Shown here one piece after another: positions 29,341 through 39,713 of a stretch of DNA of 64,000 bases. Positions within the stretch are counted from its first letter, which is position 1. Every line of letters starts with the position of its first letter. The notes below the pieces were generated by a model. That model did no database searches and was not told the DNA's origin. It saw only the letters and a list, made by a program, of their open reading frames with translations. The translations under genes and the position numbers were made by a program. The DNA is from a virus: the IMG/VR virus record IMGVR_UViG_3300017788_004205, positions 22,813-86,812 of that record; one strand, 5' to 3'.

Positions 29341-31281
29341 ATGATTACTAAATTTAACCAATATCAAAAACTTTTAGAAGATGAAATGATTCAACCTATG
29401 TCTGCTGGTTCAGGTGGAAGTTGGATTGAAAAAGAATCTTTGAATAAAGGAGCCATTTCTGGTTACTTTGCCCGTAAAGCTAAGGCAAAGGCTGATTCTA
29501 CTGTTACTACTCCAGAAGTGAAAGATGAAAAAACTGTTGTTGATGTTAAAACAGAAGAACAAATTCAAAACTATAGTCAACTATTAACAGATACTCCAAT
29601 CTTGAATATGTCAGCAAAGGCATATGCAAGTTTGAATGGTTTAACTCAAGATGGTAAAGAACTTGATTTAGAATTAGATGGAGATTTAACAGAAGAAAGT
29701 GCTATGATTGATATTGCATATAAGTATTATATCAAGAATATCACAGATATTATTATGGATGTGCAAGACGCTCCAACTAATTATATGGTCGAAGAAGTTA
29801 GCCAAGATGTTCTGGTAAAACTAAATAATAACCCTATAACTATCGGGACTTTGATTGGGGGTGCTTTGACAGAATGGTTTGCGTCTAAGCAACCTATAAA
29901 TAATTTGAATAGTTCTTTGGAATCGGCATATATTAGTCCAAAAGAAGGGTTGAGAGAATCATTTGGAATAGAAATGTATCCACTGAATGAAAATTCTGGA
30001 AGAAGTGTAAAATTCATAACAAACCTTGTAAATAAATATCAAAAATTAGAAAAAGGAAGCGGTGTTACATCATCTTTAACTAAAGGTAAATTCGGTTCTG
30101 CTTTTTCTGGTTATACTCCAGTTTCAAGAAAATCTGGAATGAATTTAAGTTCTACTTTAGGTTCAGGTTCAGCTACAATGTCAAATCCTTCAGTAACAAG
30201 AGCTATTAATACTAAGATTCCAAAATCTTTGGATGATGTTAAGGATGTTGCAAATAAATTGTCCGCTGGAGGTAAAACCCCTAAAGCTGGTTTTTTGAAA
30301 GCCGCTGAAAACGCAATCAAGAACAGAACTTCAAACATAAACAGCAAGATACTTTCAGCCAAAAGTTTATTCAAATCGAATGTTATCTCTAAAACAATTG
30401 GACTCGTTTCTCTTTTTTATCTACCGAGCTTTGTTATGAATAAAGTTTTGGGTGAGTGGATGCGCTTTTTTGATTCTCCAAAAACAGGTGAAGAAAATGC
30501 AATAGACTTCTTAATGGCATTTGAAGAAGATATGGTATCAAGAGGATATTCTCCATTCAAAACCTATAATAAGATTTACAAAGATTATCAATTTAATATT
30601 GATAAATATGGAAATAATTTCAAAGAAATAGTAGTTGGATGGTGTGAAAGTTTATACAATGCTAAAATCATAGATAATCAAATTTTTGATATTTGTCAGC
30701 GCCAAATAAAAAGTGATGTTTTTGAAATATATATAAAAGAAAGCTCATATATTTCAAAAGAACTTTCTTCTTATTTAGAAAACAAATGGCAAAACAACAT
30801 AACATTTCCTACTCCAACTTTAACAACATTTTCTACTATTGTGTTGTTTATTAGTTTATTGGAAAGATTTGAAGACCAATTTTATGAAGGTAAAATTCCT
30901 ATTCAATTGCCTAAAGAACTTTCTGATATTAAAAGGTTCGATAAAGATGGAAATGAAAGAAATTATCTAACCATCGGAGATTCTGGTCAAGATGTTGTTA
31001 TACTTCAAGATATGCTTAAAATGCTTGGATTGTATAGAGGAGAATCTGACGGAGTATATGATGAAGAAATTTCAAATCTAATTGAGGATGTAAAGCAAAG
31101 AGCAAAGGTTTCAAACCCTGATGTTATAGTTGATGGTAATGCAGATAATGAAGCATTAGAATACATAGAAAAATTCCTCATTCTTAAATCTGAAAAGGTT
31201 CAAGGAAATATTGGGGGCAGAATAAGCTCTCAAAAACAAGAACTGCGCTCTCAAGTCGCGAAGTCTCTTGATAATCGATAA
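29341..31281 (+). CDS. Putative internal virion protein with a C-terminal PG-binding domain
   Basis: MITKFNQYQKLLE; LTIGDSGQDVVILQDMLKMLGLY..DGVYD..VDGNAD. Confidence 0.7.
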   Translation: MITKFNQYQKLLEDEMIQPMSAGSGGSWIEKESLNKGAISGYFARKAKAKADSTVTTPEVKDEKTVVDVKTEEQIQNYSQLLTDTPILNMSAKAYASLNGLTQDGKELDLELDGDLTEESAMIDIAYKYYIKNITDIIMDVQDAPTNYMVEEVSQDVLVKLNNNPITIGTLIGGALTEWFASKQPINNLNSSLESAYISPKEGLRESFGIEMYPLNENSGRSVKFITNLVNKYQKLEKGSGVTSSLTKGKFGSAFSGYTPVSRKSGMNLSSTLGSGSATMSNPSVTRAINTKIPKSLDDVKDVANKLSAGGKTPKAGFLKAAENAIKNRTSNINSKILSAKSLFKSNVISKTIGLVSLFYLPSFVMNKVLGEWMRFFDSPKTGEENAIDFLMAFEEDMVSRGYSPFKTYNKIYKDYQFNIDKYGNNFKEIVVGWCESLYNAKIIDNQIFDICQRQIKSDVFEIYIKESSYISKELSSYLENKWQNNITFPTPTLTTFSTIVLFISLLERFEDQFYEGKIPIQLPKELSDIKRFDKDGNERNYLTIGDSGQDVVILQDMLKMLGLYRGESDGVYDEEISNLIEDVKQRAKVSNPDVIVDGNADNEALEYIEKFLILKSEKVQGNIGGRISSQKQELRSQVAKSLDNR

Positions 31282-31305
31282 TAATACAAAAAAACCAAAA
31301 AAGTT

Positions 31306-32760
31306 ATGCTGTTCAAAGGATTTTTACCAAATGTCAATCAGATACAGAAAGTAAATGAAAATGACAACAAAGACTTCTCAAAAGATGTTCAATTTTACAA
31401 TGAAAGCTTTGATGGAGGTATTTTTAGAAAAAAAGCACAAGCCACATTAAATGAACTTACCCCTTATAATCTTTTGAGGGGCTTAGAGATAGATACAGAT
31501 TCTAAAGTTTATGCTAAACTTGCAGAAGATATGCCTACTTGTAAAGATGTTTTTGCTGAAAGTTCTGCTGAAAAACCTGTTGTTTCTCAAATTTTGATTA
31601 CTCAATTAGATAAAGTTTCTGAAATGATAACACAGGTTAAGTCTGTTAATCCTGATTCTGAAGAATTTGATGCAATAGTATCCGCATCAAAGGATAAAAT
31701 TAATATTCAAAAATTAAAAGCTATATTTAAAAGCATAAAGGATTTCGAAGGAGCAAGTGGAAATGTTGATTTTATAACATCACTGATTGTTGAATTAAAG
31801 AAAAAAATGCAAGGAGATAAAACTCCCCTTAAAGCAAAGGTATATGATGTTATAGATTCTAAAAATCTTGAAGAAATTGGATATGAAGACATGACTACGA
31901 AATCCGTTAATTGGTTATCAGATGGAGGCGATATTGGGACTATGTTGTCTGATATGGATGCTATCCACAGAATAACCGCTTTCTTTGAGCTTTTAACTCC
32001 TCTTTTAAATATTAAAGGATTTGGATATATTCAATACAAAGAGAATAATGTTTACGATTATTTGAAATCTGGTTTAGACCTTGTAAATATTCTTTTAAAC
32101 ATCAAACTACCAGAAACAAGTTTTCAACAATATTCGGATTTGATTAAAGATATTGGTGCTAAAATTATAGCACCTGAAATAGATTTGCTTACAAGTAAAT
32201 ATGCAAAAAGCATTTATTTCCCAACTATTCAAACTCTTTATGTTTCTCTTTTATCTCTCTATACATTGAAAGTTATTAGTTCAAGTATAACTTCTGTTGA
32301 AAAGAAAGAAGAAATAGCAAAAAAGGAAGAGGAAACAAAGAAAGCTGAGATGGCTAAAGAAGTTACTGCAAGCCAAGTTAACAGTAGCATTAAAGCAATA
32401 GATACCTTGGATAAATCTGGATTCTTTACAAGTAAAAAAATATTTTACACTACACCAAAGAAAAAATATACTCCAGAAGAAAAGAAAATGATTCCACAAA
32501 TAAAGGAGTTTGTTACTACTCTCGGTTTAGTAAAAGACGCTGATGATAGTTGGAAAAAGGAAGAAAAATTCGATTCAATTCTTTCAGATGCAGTTAAGAA
32601 TTTCCAAGGTTCTATTCAAATAGATAAAAAAATATTAGCTGTTGATGGTAAAATAGGGCCAAACACAAGAAATGCAATGTTGGCTTATTTAGAAGCTCTT
32701 AAGATGAAAACGGGAGTTGTTGCTTCCACTGATGTAAAAAAAACTAATCAGAGTACCTAA
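31306..32760 (+). CDS. Family A cargo protein (helical body + C-terminal PG-binding-like domain)
   Basis: KVNE site; GIF..A...L..LT...L..GL.ID shared with 33530 and 38287; AVKNFQ..VDGKIGPNTR. Confidence 0.7.
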   Translation: MLFKGFLPNVNQIQKVNENDNKDFSKDVQFYNESFDGGIFRKKAQATLNELTPYNLLRGLEIDTDSKVYAKLAEDMPTCKDVFAESSAEKPVVSQILITQLDKVSEMITQVKSVNPDSEEFDAIVSASKDKINIQKLKAIFKSIKDFEGASGNVDFITSLIVELKKKMQGDKTPLKAKVYDVIDSKNLEEIGYEDMTTKSVNWLSDGGDIGTMLSDMDAIHRITAFFELLTPLLNIKGFGYIQYKENNVYDYLKSGLDLVNILLNIKLPETSFQQYSDLIKDIGAKIIAPEIDLLTSKYAKSIYFPTIQTLYVSLLSLYTLKVISSSITSVEKKEEIAKKEEETKKAEMAKEVTASQVNSSIKAIDTLDKSGFFTSKKIFYTTPKKKYTPEEKKMIPQIKEFVTTLGLVKDADDSWKKEEKFDSILSDAVKNFQGSIQIDKKILAVDGKIGPNTRNAMLAYLEALKMKTGVVASTDVKKTNQST

Positions 32761-32838
32761 TCTCTAATAAAGAATTTTAAGAGAAGGTTAGCGGGTGTGT
32801 TTTACAACACATTTTAAATTAAAAAAACAAAAAGACAA

Positions 32839-33462
32839 ATGAAAATTCGCAATTTCAACGACTTTATATTAAATGAACAATCACTTTTTGAAGAAGGTGT
32901 TAAATCATCTAATCCTGAATTAACATCTAAGTTAGTTCAACTATTGGATGAAAAAAGTGAAGATGTAAATACAATCAAAGGATTGATTAACAGAGGTGCT
33001 GATATTAACGCAGTTGATACAGAAAAAGGAGCGAGCGTTCTTCATTTTGCGGCTATGCTGAACAGTGTAGATTTGGTGGACTTTTGCTTGAAAAAGGGAA
33101 TCCCTGTTGATGTTAAAAGTAAAGCTAAAGCCACGCCTCTTCATTGGGCATGCACCAATAAAGCTTTAGAAGCTGTTCAATTCCTTATAAAAAATGGAGC
33201 AGATGTAGAGGCTGTAGATGAAAATGGGATGACAGCATTGCATCATGCTTCTTATACGAATTCGATTGCAGTTGCAAAATATCTTGTTTCAATTGGAGCA
33301 AATCCAAATGCGGAAGATAAAAATGGTAAAACTCCTATTGAATTAGCAATGGAAGAAAAAGCAAAAGGGACCGTTAAAGCCCTTTCTTCTTCTGTTGATT
33401 TTTCTAACTTTGAATTTGAAGGAAAAGTTTATGATTTTTCAAAACTTATACCTCAAACTTAA
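32839..33462 (+). CDS. Ankyrin-repeat protein with a CTS-like start
   Basis: MKIRNFNDFILNE; GASVLHFAA, ATPLHWAC, GMTALHHAS, GKTPIELA. Confidence 0.92.
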   Translation: MKIRNFNDFILNEQSLFEEGVKSSNPELTSKLVQLLDEKSEDVNTIKGLINRGADINAVDTEKGASVLHFAAMLNSVDLVDFCLKKGIPVDVKSKAKATPLHWACTNKALEAVQFLIKNGADVEAVDENGMTALHHASYTNSIAVAKYLVSIGANPNAEDKNGKTPIELAMEEKAKGTVKALSSSVDFSNFEFEGKVYDFSKLIPQT

Positions 33463-33494
33463 TGCTTAAAATTGAAAAAGGAATTTCAATTTTC

Positions 33495-33502
33495 GATATA
33501 TA
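33495..33502 (+). promoter_or_regulatory. GATATATA candidate late promoter
   Basis: 35 nt upstream of ATG 33530. Confidence 0.65.
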
Positions 33503-33529
33503 CTAAGAGATAAAAAATACAAGTAAATC

Positions 33530-35017
33530 ATGCTATTTAGAAACTTAAATTTTGACAAAAAAGCCCAAAATATATCAGAAGGAAATTTTATTTCTGCTGA
33601 TTTTCTGGGGATTTTTGATAGTGATGCAAAATCTAAACTCGCAAATCTTACAATAGATAAGATGTTTGAGGGGTTAGATTTAGAAAAAAGTGCAGAATTG
33701 CATGATTTTATTGAAGCATACGCCCCTTCTTTGAAAGCACAGCCTGCTACAAGCACAACTCCTTCTATAACCGATGCTATGGGATTGCAAAATTCTAAAA
33801 AAAGTGTTTTCGAGCTTATTAACTCTCAATTACACTATATGCAATTAAGATTAGAAGGTGTAGAAAGGGAACTTGATAAATTTTACAAAGACATTGAAAC
33901 AGCTTATAGTAAAACAATATCCAAAGAAGAATTAGAAGGTTCTGTATCTGGTTTTACAAGCCCAGAAAATATAGCATCTATAATACCTAAGATTAATTCT
34001 ATTGTAGAAGAAGCGATAAAAACAGGTCTTGTAAATTTTGAAAATTCAAGCACAAAGCAAGCATTTTTAACTCTGCATAAGTTAAAAATTAGCAGTTATA
34101 TTTTTGCATTAAGAGAGAATATATTAAATGATGCTAAAAATGTTAGCATTTTACCACTATACAGAAAAATAGATTCTCTTGATTTAGAAGAAATCACAGC
34201 AGAAAACGCGATGCTTTCTGAAATAAAGTCTTATATGGACAATCCTCTTGATATATCGGGGATGTATAAATCATTTGACCCAATCGCAAGAATTTCAGCT
34301 TTCTTGGAAGAATCGTTGATGCAATACGAATATGGTATTGACTTGAGGAAAACATTTGGCTCGAATTATACGGAAACATTCAATAATTCAGAGGCATTGT
34401 CAACAGGAGTTTTAAGAAAGTTTGTGAAGACAATAGATATTAGTGTTTTTGAGCCATTACAAGAACTCTTGTATGATGTTGCTCTTACACTTATCCAAAG
34501 AGTTTATGCCCAAAATACTGATGAAGATGATAAGAATATATTTGTTCCTTCTCTTCAGTTCATGTATCTTTCTATGATTTCTCTTCTTGCATTTAAGCTT
34601 ATTGATTATAATCTTAAAGTTAAAACAGCTTCTATCCAAAGAGAAGAAAGAATCAAAGCTGAACAACAAGCGGCAGTTGTTGAAGACAAGAAATCAAGAG
34701 CGATGAAATTATATGATACATACAAGCAATTGAATGCTTTGAACTTCTTCAAAAAGGGCGGTCTTGTTTACAAGAAAGAATCAAATAGAATGCTTCCAGA
34801 GATTGTTAAGTTGATTAATAACTTCTTTGTTTATGCAGGAGACCTTGATAAATCTAAATTAGATAGTCCTACTTTTGATGATATGACTTATCAAGCTGTG
34901 TTGAAGTTTCAAACAGAAACTGAATGCAATCTCAAAGACGGCAAAATAGGAAATGAAACAAGAGGAAGAATGCAGGGAATTGCAGAAGCAACAGCATCAT
35001 CTTATAGCATTGTGTAA
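33530..35017 (+). CDS. Family A cargo protein (paralog of 38287)
   Basis: NFISADFLGIFDSDAK; DPIARISAFLEE; KNIFVPSLQ; AVLKFQ..KDGKIGNETR. Confidence 0.75.
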   Translation: MLFRNLNFDKKAQNISEGNFISADFLGIFDSDAKSKLANLTIDKMFEGLDLEKSAELHDFIEAYAPSLKAQPATSTTPSITDAMGLQNSKKSVFELINSQLHYMQLRLEGVERELDKFYKDIETAYSKTISKEELEGSVSGFTSPENIASIIPKINSIVEEAIKTGLVNFENSSTKQAFLTLHKLKISSYIFALRENILNDAKNVSILPLYRKIDSLDLEEITAENAMLSEIKSYMDNPLDISGMYKSFDPIARISAFLEESLMQYEYGIDLRKTFGSNYTETFNNSEALSTGVLRKFVKTIDISVFEPLQELLYDVALTLIQRVYAQNTDEDDKNIFVPSLQFMYLSMISLLAFKLIDYNLKVKTASIQREERIKAEQQAAVVEDKKSRAMKLYDTYKQLNALNFFKKGGLVYKKESNRMLPEIVKLINNFFVYAGDLDKSKLDSPTFDDMTYQAVLKFQTETECNLKDGKIGNETRGRMQGIAEATASSYSIV

Positions 35018-35050
35018 TTCTCAAATATCCAGAAAAAAATAAATAGTCTT

Positions 35051-35968
35051 ATGGAAAATAAAGTATTTAAATATCTGAATTTTATAGAACCTAAGGAACC
35101 ATCAAGTATATCATTTTATGATAATCTCAATGAGTCCAATATTTATAATACAGAATCCTATAAATGGGCATATAAAGATATTAATTTAGAAAATTTTGAT
35201 ACAAAATACACCAGTATTTTCTACAATTCCCTTTCTAAGCTCCTCTACGGTGAGTCTGGTAAACCAGAAGAGCCTAAATTCGGGCCAGGGTATGAACAGA
35301 GTAAGTCTAAATTGGAAAAAACACAAAAGCTTTTTTCTCTTATATGGAACAATGCAAAAAGCGCAATCAATAAACTTTTACAGGATAATAAAACTATTTT
35401 TCCTAAAAGTATAATAGATGAAATTAGCAAATTAGAATATAATTTACCAAAAGATTTTACAAGTTCGGATTATATATTCGATAGACTTAAAAATAATAAT
35501 CTGGATGGTTTCCCAGAAAACTTAAAGTCTAAAATTAACAAAATTCAGATAAATACTAATGAACTGAAAAATTATTCTATTGGTATTTATGAATCAGTTA
35601 CAAATAGCAATAAAGATAATTTTAACAAAAATATATCAACAACATTAGGCAATGACGTTAAGAATATAGTAGAAAAGTTGAAGAAAGTCTATTTTCCAAA
35701 TCTTCAAAATTACTCTTCGATAGAAAGTGAAATGAAGGATACTTTCTCATCATTATATGTTGATTGTTACCTTTATACTTTATCAAACTCTATCTTCAAT
35801 TATAAGAAAGGTTCTTCTGATATCGTTAAAAAACAAGATGCTTCTACTGAAGTTAAAAAAACAGTTTCGCGTAAGTCGAGTGGAGCAACTAAAAGAGAAC
35901 AAGCATCTTCTAAACAATTATCAAAGGATGATTGGACAAATATATTGAAGAAAAGGGGATTACTTTAA
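35051..35968 (+). CDS. Putative cargo protein (distant family B)
   Basis: VFKYLNF..NLNES; YNSLSKLLYG resembles YNKLVEVMYG of 37127. Confidence 0.6.
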   Translation: MENKVFKYLNFIEPKEPSSISFYDNLNESNIYNTESYKWAYKDINLENFDTKYTSIFYNSLSKLLYGESGKPEEPKFGPGYEQSKSKLEKTQKLFSLIWNNAKSAINKLLQDNKTIFPKSIIDEISKLEYNLPKDFTSSDYIFDRLKNNNLDGFPENLKSKINKIQINTNELKNYSIGIYESVTNSNKDNFNKNISTTLGNDVKNIVEKLKKVYFPNLQNYSSIESEMKDTFSSLYVDCYLYTLSNSIFNYKKGSSDIVKKQDASTEVKKTVSRKSSGATKREQASSKQLSKDDWTNILKKRGLL

Positions 35969-35995
35969 TTCAAAAATTAAAAATAAAAAAATATC

Positions 35996-37120
35996 ATGAT
36001 AATAGAATTTTCTAAATTCGCATCTTTGAAAGAAAATGTAACAGTTAACACTAATTTTTTATTTGAAGATATGTTTGATGAAAAAAGTCAATCGGAAAAC
36101 ATATCTAAAAACGCAGAAGTTATATCTAAAAATGTTATAGATAGTTCTTTATCTCTCAAGGATAATATAAAGAACTTTTTATACAATAAATTAAATACAG
36201 TTATTTACGGAACATCCGATAAACAAAAAAACACAGGCTCTCCTGTGGATTATATAGTAACTAATAGTGAAAAGCTCATAGATTATGCTGTTGAAATACA
36301 AACAACTGGAACTTATTCGACATTTTGGAGAAGCACTATGGGATATTTTGGAACATTTGCTATTGCAGTCGCTACGGCTTGGTATTTATGGAAAAAAAGA
36401 AGTGCTTATAAAAAGGCTTTACAGTATATTATTAAACCAGAAGTTGAGGCTGAATTTATACAAAAGACCGAAACATCTGGTGTGCTTAAATTAAAAAAGG
36501 ATGTTGAGAATTATAAAAGAGGTCAAGAGTTGTTCAGAGAAACTAATGGCAAGTTTTATGTTCTTCTACCTTTAGGTAGTAAAGAATATCTAAAATTTGG
36601 TTACGATAAAACTCTAACCAGACCTATGAAGGATATTCTATTAGATGAATGGAAGAATTTACCATTAAAAACACCTTCTACTTCTACAATAAAGAAAGTT
36701 GGGATATTTTTATCAAGAGTATCACAACCTCAAGCTTTGGCTACTGCTGGAGCTACAATATCACTACCATTTATATGGGAAAATTTGAATGTTTTATGGG
36801 ATTGGTTTATGAGCAATGTTAAGTCAGATGAACCTGGCTATAAGACATTTGTAGAACTTGGGACTGTAATAAATAATAGAGAACAGTATATTGAGAAGTT
36901 TTATCAATCTTTGATTGAAACTCCAGCCTTTGATAAGGATTTGGATTTGCCATATAATGTTATTACCTCAATTTCTAATTTCGATAAATTAGGTATAGAT
37001 AATCCCGATAAAATTGGATATGCTGTATGTAGATTAATAGCACAAGCAACATTTGAATATCAAAAAGGAACAGCAGTTTCTACGATATATTCAGCCGTAT
37101 CAAATGAATTAAAAGCATAA
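35996..37120 (+). CDS. Family B cargo protein with hydrophobic segments
   Basis: MIIEFSKFASLKE; YNKLNTVIYG; GYFGTFAIAVATAWYLW; DKIGY. Confidence 0.65.
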   Translation: MIIEFSKFASLKENVTVNTNFLFEDMFDEKSQSENISKNAEVISKNVIDSSLSLKDNIKNFLYNKLNTVIYGTSDKQKNTGSPVDYIVTNSEKLIDYAVEIQTTGTYSTFWRSTMGYFGTFAIAVATAWYLWKKRSAYKKALQYIIKPEVEAEFIQKTETSGVLKLKKDVENYKRGQELFRETNGKFYVLLPLGSKEYLKFGYDKTLTRPMKDILLDEWKNLPLKTPSTSTIKKVGIFLSRVSQPQALATAGATISLPFIWENLNVLWDWFMSNVKSDEPGYKTFVELGTVINNREQYIEKFYQSLIETPAFDKDLDLPYNVITSISNFDKLGIDNPDKIGYAVCRLIAQATFEYQKGTAVSTIYSAVSNELKA

Positions 37121-37126
37121 AATAGG

Positions 37127-38272
37127 ATGATAACTAATTATAGCGATTTTGTATTAAACGAAGGTTATACTAATCCTCAAAAGGTTTATACAATAGATAA
37201 GATAAAACTTAGAACTCAGGGTGAGTATTTAGCTAATCCTTCTCTTATAGATGAAGATATAGCTAAGTTTAGAAACTTATCGGAACTCATAAATTTAGAT
37301 GATATTTTAAGAAAAAAAGATTATAGTAAATATTCATCCGCACTAAAAGAATTTATCAAAACGAAAGCATATAATAAGTTAGTAGAGGTAATGTATGGTA
37401 AGGGATATAATAATCCAGAAAAAGATTCTACAGAAATAATAGTAGGATTAGACCCATCTTCAATGGCTTCTGCTATGAAATATGGCTCTACTCCAAAAAC
37501 TATTAAAATGACTCGCGGAGAATACTTCAAAAAAGTTTGGGCAAGAGTTGATGAATATTGTGATAATTCTGTTGAATTTTTACAAAAAGGCATAATAGAA
37601 GATACATTAGGGGATTTTGTAGATTATAGTAAAAACATACTTTTAATAATACTCGCGGCTGTTATTATCTATTTCGGGGCAAAGGCTATGGCAGTAGGAG
37701 CATCTGGAGTTGTAACTTTTGCGTCATCTACCACAGGTCTTTCTGCTATACGTAACATAATATTAAATGCAGGAGTTAAGTCAATGCCCTTTGTTGAAAA
37801 GTGCTCCTTGGCTATACAGAGACTTGTATCTAATCCTAAAACTTGGATGAGTTTAGCATCATGGGAAATATTTGATGCGGCTCCTAAAATAATAGAAATG
37901 TTTTCGTCTAATGATGCTGACGTTTTGCTACAACTCGATGAAGAACATATTTTAGAAAAACTCTCAGAAAAAAACAAAAAAGTACAGATAGCAAAAATCA
38001 AGAAAGCATTGGAAGAGCATTCTGACTTCAATGTTAAACCATTTTTAGACGGCCCAGTTCAAGTATGGCAAGATGCATTTCAAAGGATGCCAGGGTGGGA
38101 AGCATGGTCTCAAAAAGAAGGTAAATCTATAAACAACAATCCACAAAATCTTGGTTATATATTTACATATTACATAGCTTTATACGCATATCAATTTCAA
38201 CTATTTATTTGGAAATACAATTATCTGCTAACATTAAAAGAAGGTAGAGATGTTGATTTTTCAAAACTTTAA
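37127..38272 (+). CDS. Family B cargo protein with transmembrane segment(s) (paralog of 39714)
   Basis: MITNYSDFVLNE; NPEKDST; ILLIILAAVIIYFGAKAMAVGA; ALEEHSDF; MPGW; NLGYIFTYYI. Confidence 0.75.
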   Translation: MITNYSDFVLNEGYTNPQKVYTIDKIKLRTQGEYLANPSLIDEDIAKFRNLSELINLDDILRKKDYSKYSSALKEFIKTKAYNKLVEVMYGKGYNNPEKDSTEIIVGLDPSSMASAMKYGSTPKTIKMTRGEYFKKVWARVDEYCDNSVEFLQKGIIEDTLGDFVDYSKNILLIILAAVIIYFGAKAMAVGASGVVTFASSTTGLSAIRNIILNAGVKSMPFVEKCSLAIQRLVSNPKTWMSLASWEIFDAAPKIIEMFSSNDADVLLQLDEEHILEKLSEKNKKVQIAKIKKALEEHSDFNVKPFLDGPVQVWQDAFQRMPGWEAWSQKEGKSINNNPQNLGYIFTYYIALYAYQFQLFIWKYNYLLTLKEGRDVDFSKL

Positions 38273-38286
38273 AATAAGAACTAACA

Positions 38287-39711
38287 ATGCTCTACAGACC
38301 TATCCATCCAAATAAAAAAGAAGATATTAACAGAGTAGATGAGAGTAATTTTATCTCTTCTGATATGTTAGGTATATTTGATTCAGATGCAAGAGTTAAA
38401 TTAAGTGCTCTCACAATAGATAAATTATTTGAAGGATTAGATATAGATAATTCAAATGAAATTCATAGTTTCATTACTTCATTTGCTCCTTCCTTATCAA
38501 AAGTTATGGGAGTTTATAGTTCAGAGTCTAACTATGCATTCGAGATTCTAAAGGCTCAACTGATGTATATGCAAACTATTTTGCAAGATGTTGAGAATGA
38601 TATAGATTCTTTTTACAAGAATGTAATTAATGTTCACAAAAGCTATACAGACGGCCAAACAATAGAAACTCTTGTTGCTAAGTATAGCAATCCAAATAGT
38701 GTTGGTTCTATTTTCCCTGAGGTTGAAAAAATAGTTAAACAAGCAAAGAAATCAGGAGTTGATTTTAATAACCCAAGAGTTAAAGAAACATTCAAAACTC
38801 TTCAAAAGTTGAATGTTAGCACTTATATTAGTCAAACCCTAAGTTCAATTGAAGTTTCAGCTTCAAATGTAAGTTTGCTTCCTCTTTACAAGAAGATAGA
38901 TGGAATGAATTTAGAAGAAATCACGGGAGATAATGCAATCGCTCCTCAAAACAAGAGTCATTTGTTTTTAACTCTTGATTTCAATTCTATGTATACTTCT
39001 TTAGACCCAATTGCAAGACTGGGAGCTTTCTTTGAAGAAACTTTATTGCAATATCCATTCGGAAGACAATTAAAGAAGAATTTCGGAGACGAGTATGAGT
39101 ATTTTGATACTATTGAACATAGCATGTCTGCTATAAAACAATTTGTTCCTTCGGTTGATTATACTGTATTTGAACCGATGAAAGAAATGCTTTATGAAAT
39201 TAGTGCTTTATTGGTAAATCGAGTGTTTTCAATGCACCCAGAAGAAGATTCTAAGAATATATTCGTTCCTTCTTTTCAAGTTATGTGGGTGAGTATATTA
39301 TCTCTTTTAGCTTTAAGACTCATTAACTTTAATGTTAGAGTTTCAAATGTTATTACTCAAAAAAAGGAAGAGAAAAAAGAACTAAAATCCGAAAAAGCAT
39401 CTGAATTAACTCAAGCTTATGAAACTCTAAAGCAACAAAACTTCTTTACAGACAAAATTACCTATAAAGAAGGTGATGCGACAATGAATCCAGAGATAAT
39501 CAAAAATATAAATAATATCTTAGTTAAGTTGACAATACTTCCAGATTCTAAGATTAATTCTACGCAGTATGATAGTCAAACAGCGGAAGCTATTAGAACA
39601 CTTCAAATGAATCATTCTGCTGAATTTGTTGATGGGAAGATAGGTCAAGAAACAAAAGAAATTATGGAAAAGATTATCAATCACATACAAAATAAATATA
39701 AAATGTCTTGA
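38287..39711 (+). CDS. Family A cargo protein (paralog of 33530)
   Basis: NFISSDMLGIFDSDAR; DPIARLGAFFEE; KNIFVPSFQ; VDGKIGQETK. Confidence 0.75.
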   Translation: MLYRPIHPNKKEDINRVDESNFISSDMLGIFDSDARVKLSALTIDKLFEGLDIDNSNEIHSFITSFAPSLSKVMGVYSSESNYAFEILKAQLMYMQTILQDVENDIDSFYKNVINVHKSYTDGQTIETLVAKYSNPNSVGSIFPEVEKIVKQAKKSGVDFNNPRVKETFKTLQKLNVSTYISQTLSSIEVSASNVSLLPLYKKIDGMNLEEITGDNAIAPQNKSHLFLTLDFNSMYTSLDPIARLGAFFEETLLQYPFGRQLKKNFGDEYEYFDTIEHSMSAIKQFVPSVDYTVFEPMKEMLYEISALLVNRVFSMHPEEDSKNIFVPSFQVMWVSILSLLALRLINFNVRVSNVITQKKEEKKELKSEKASELTQAYETLKQQNFFTDKITYKEGDATMNPEIIKNINNILVKLTILPDSKINSTQYDSQTAEAIRTLQMNHSAEFVDGKIGQETKEIMEKIINHIQNKYKMS

Positions 39712-39713
39712 AA

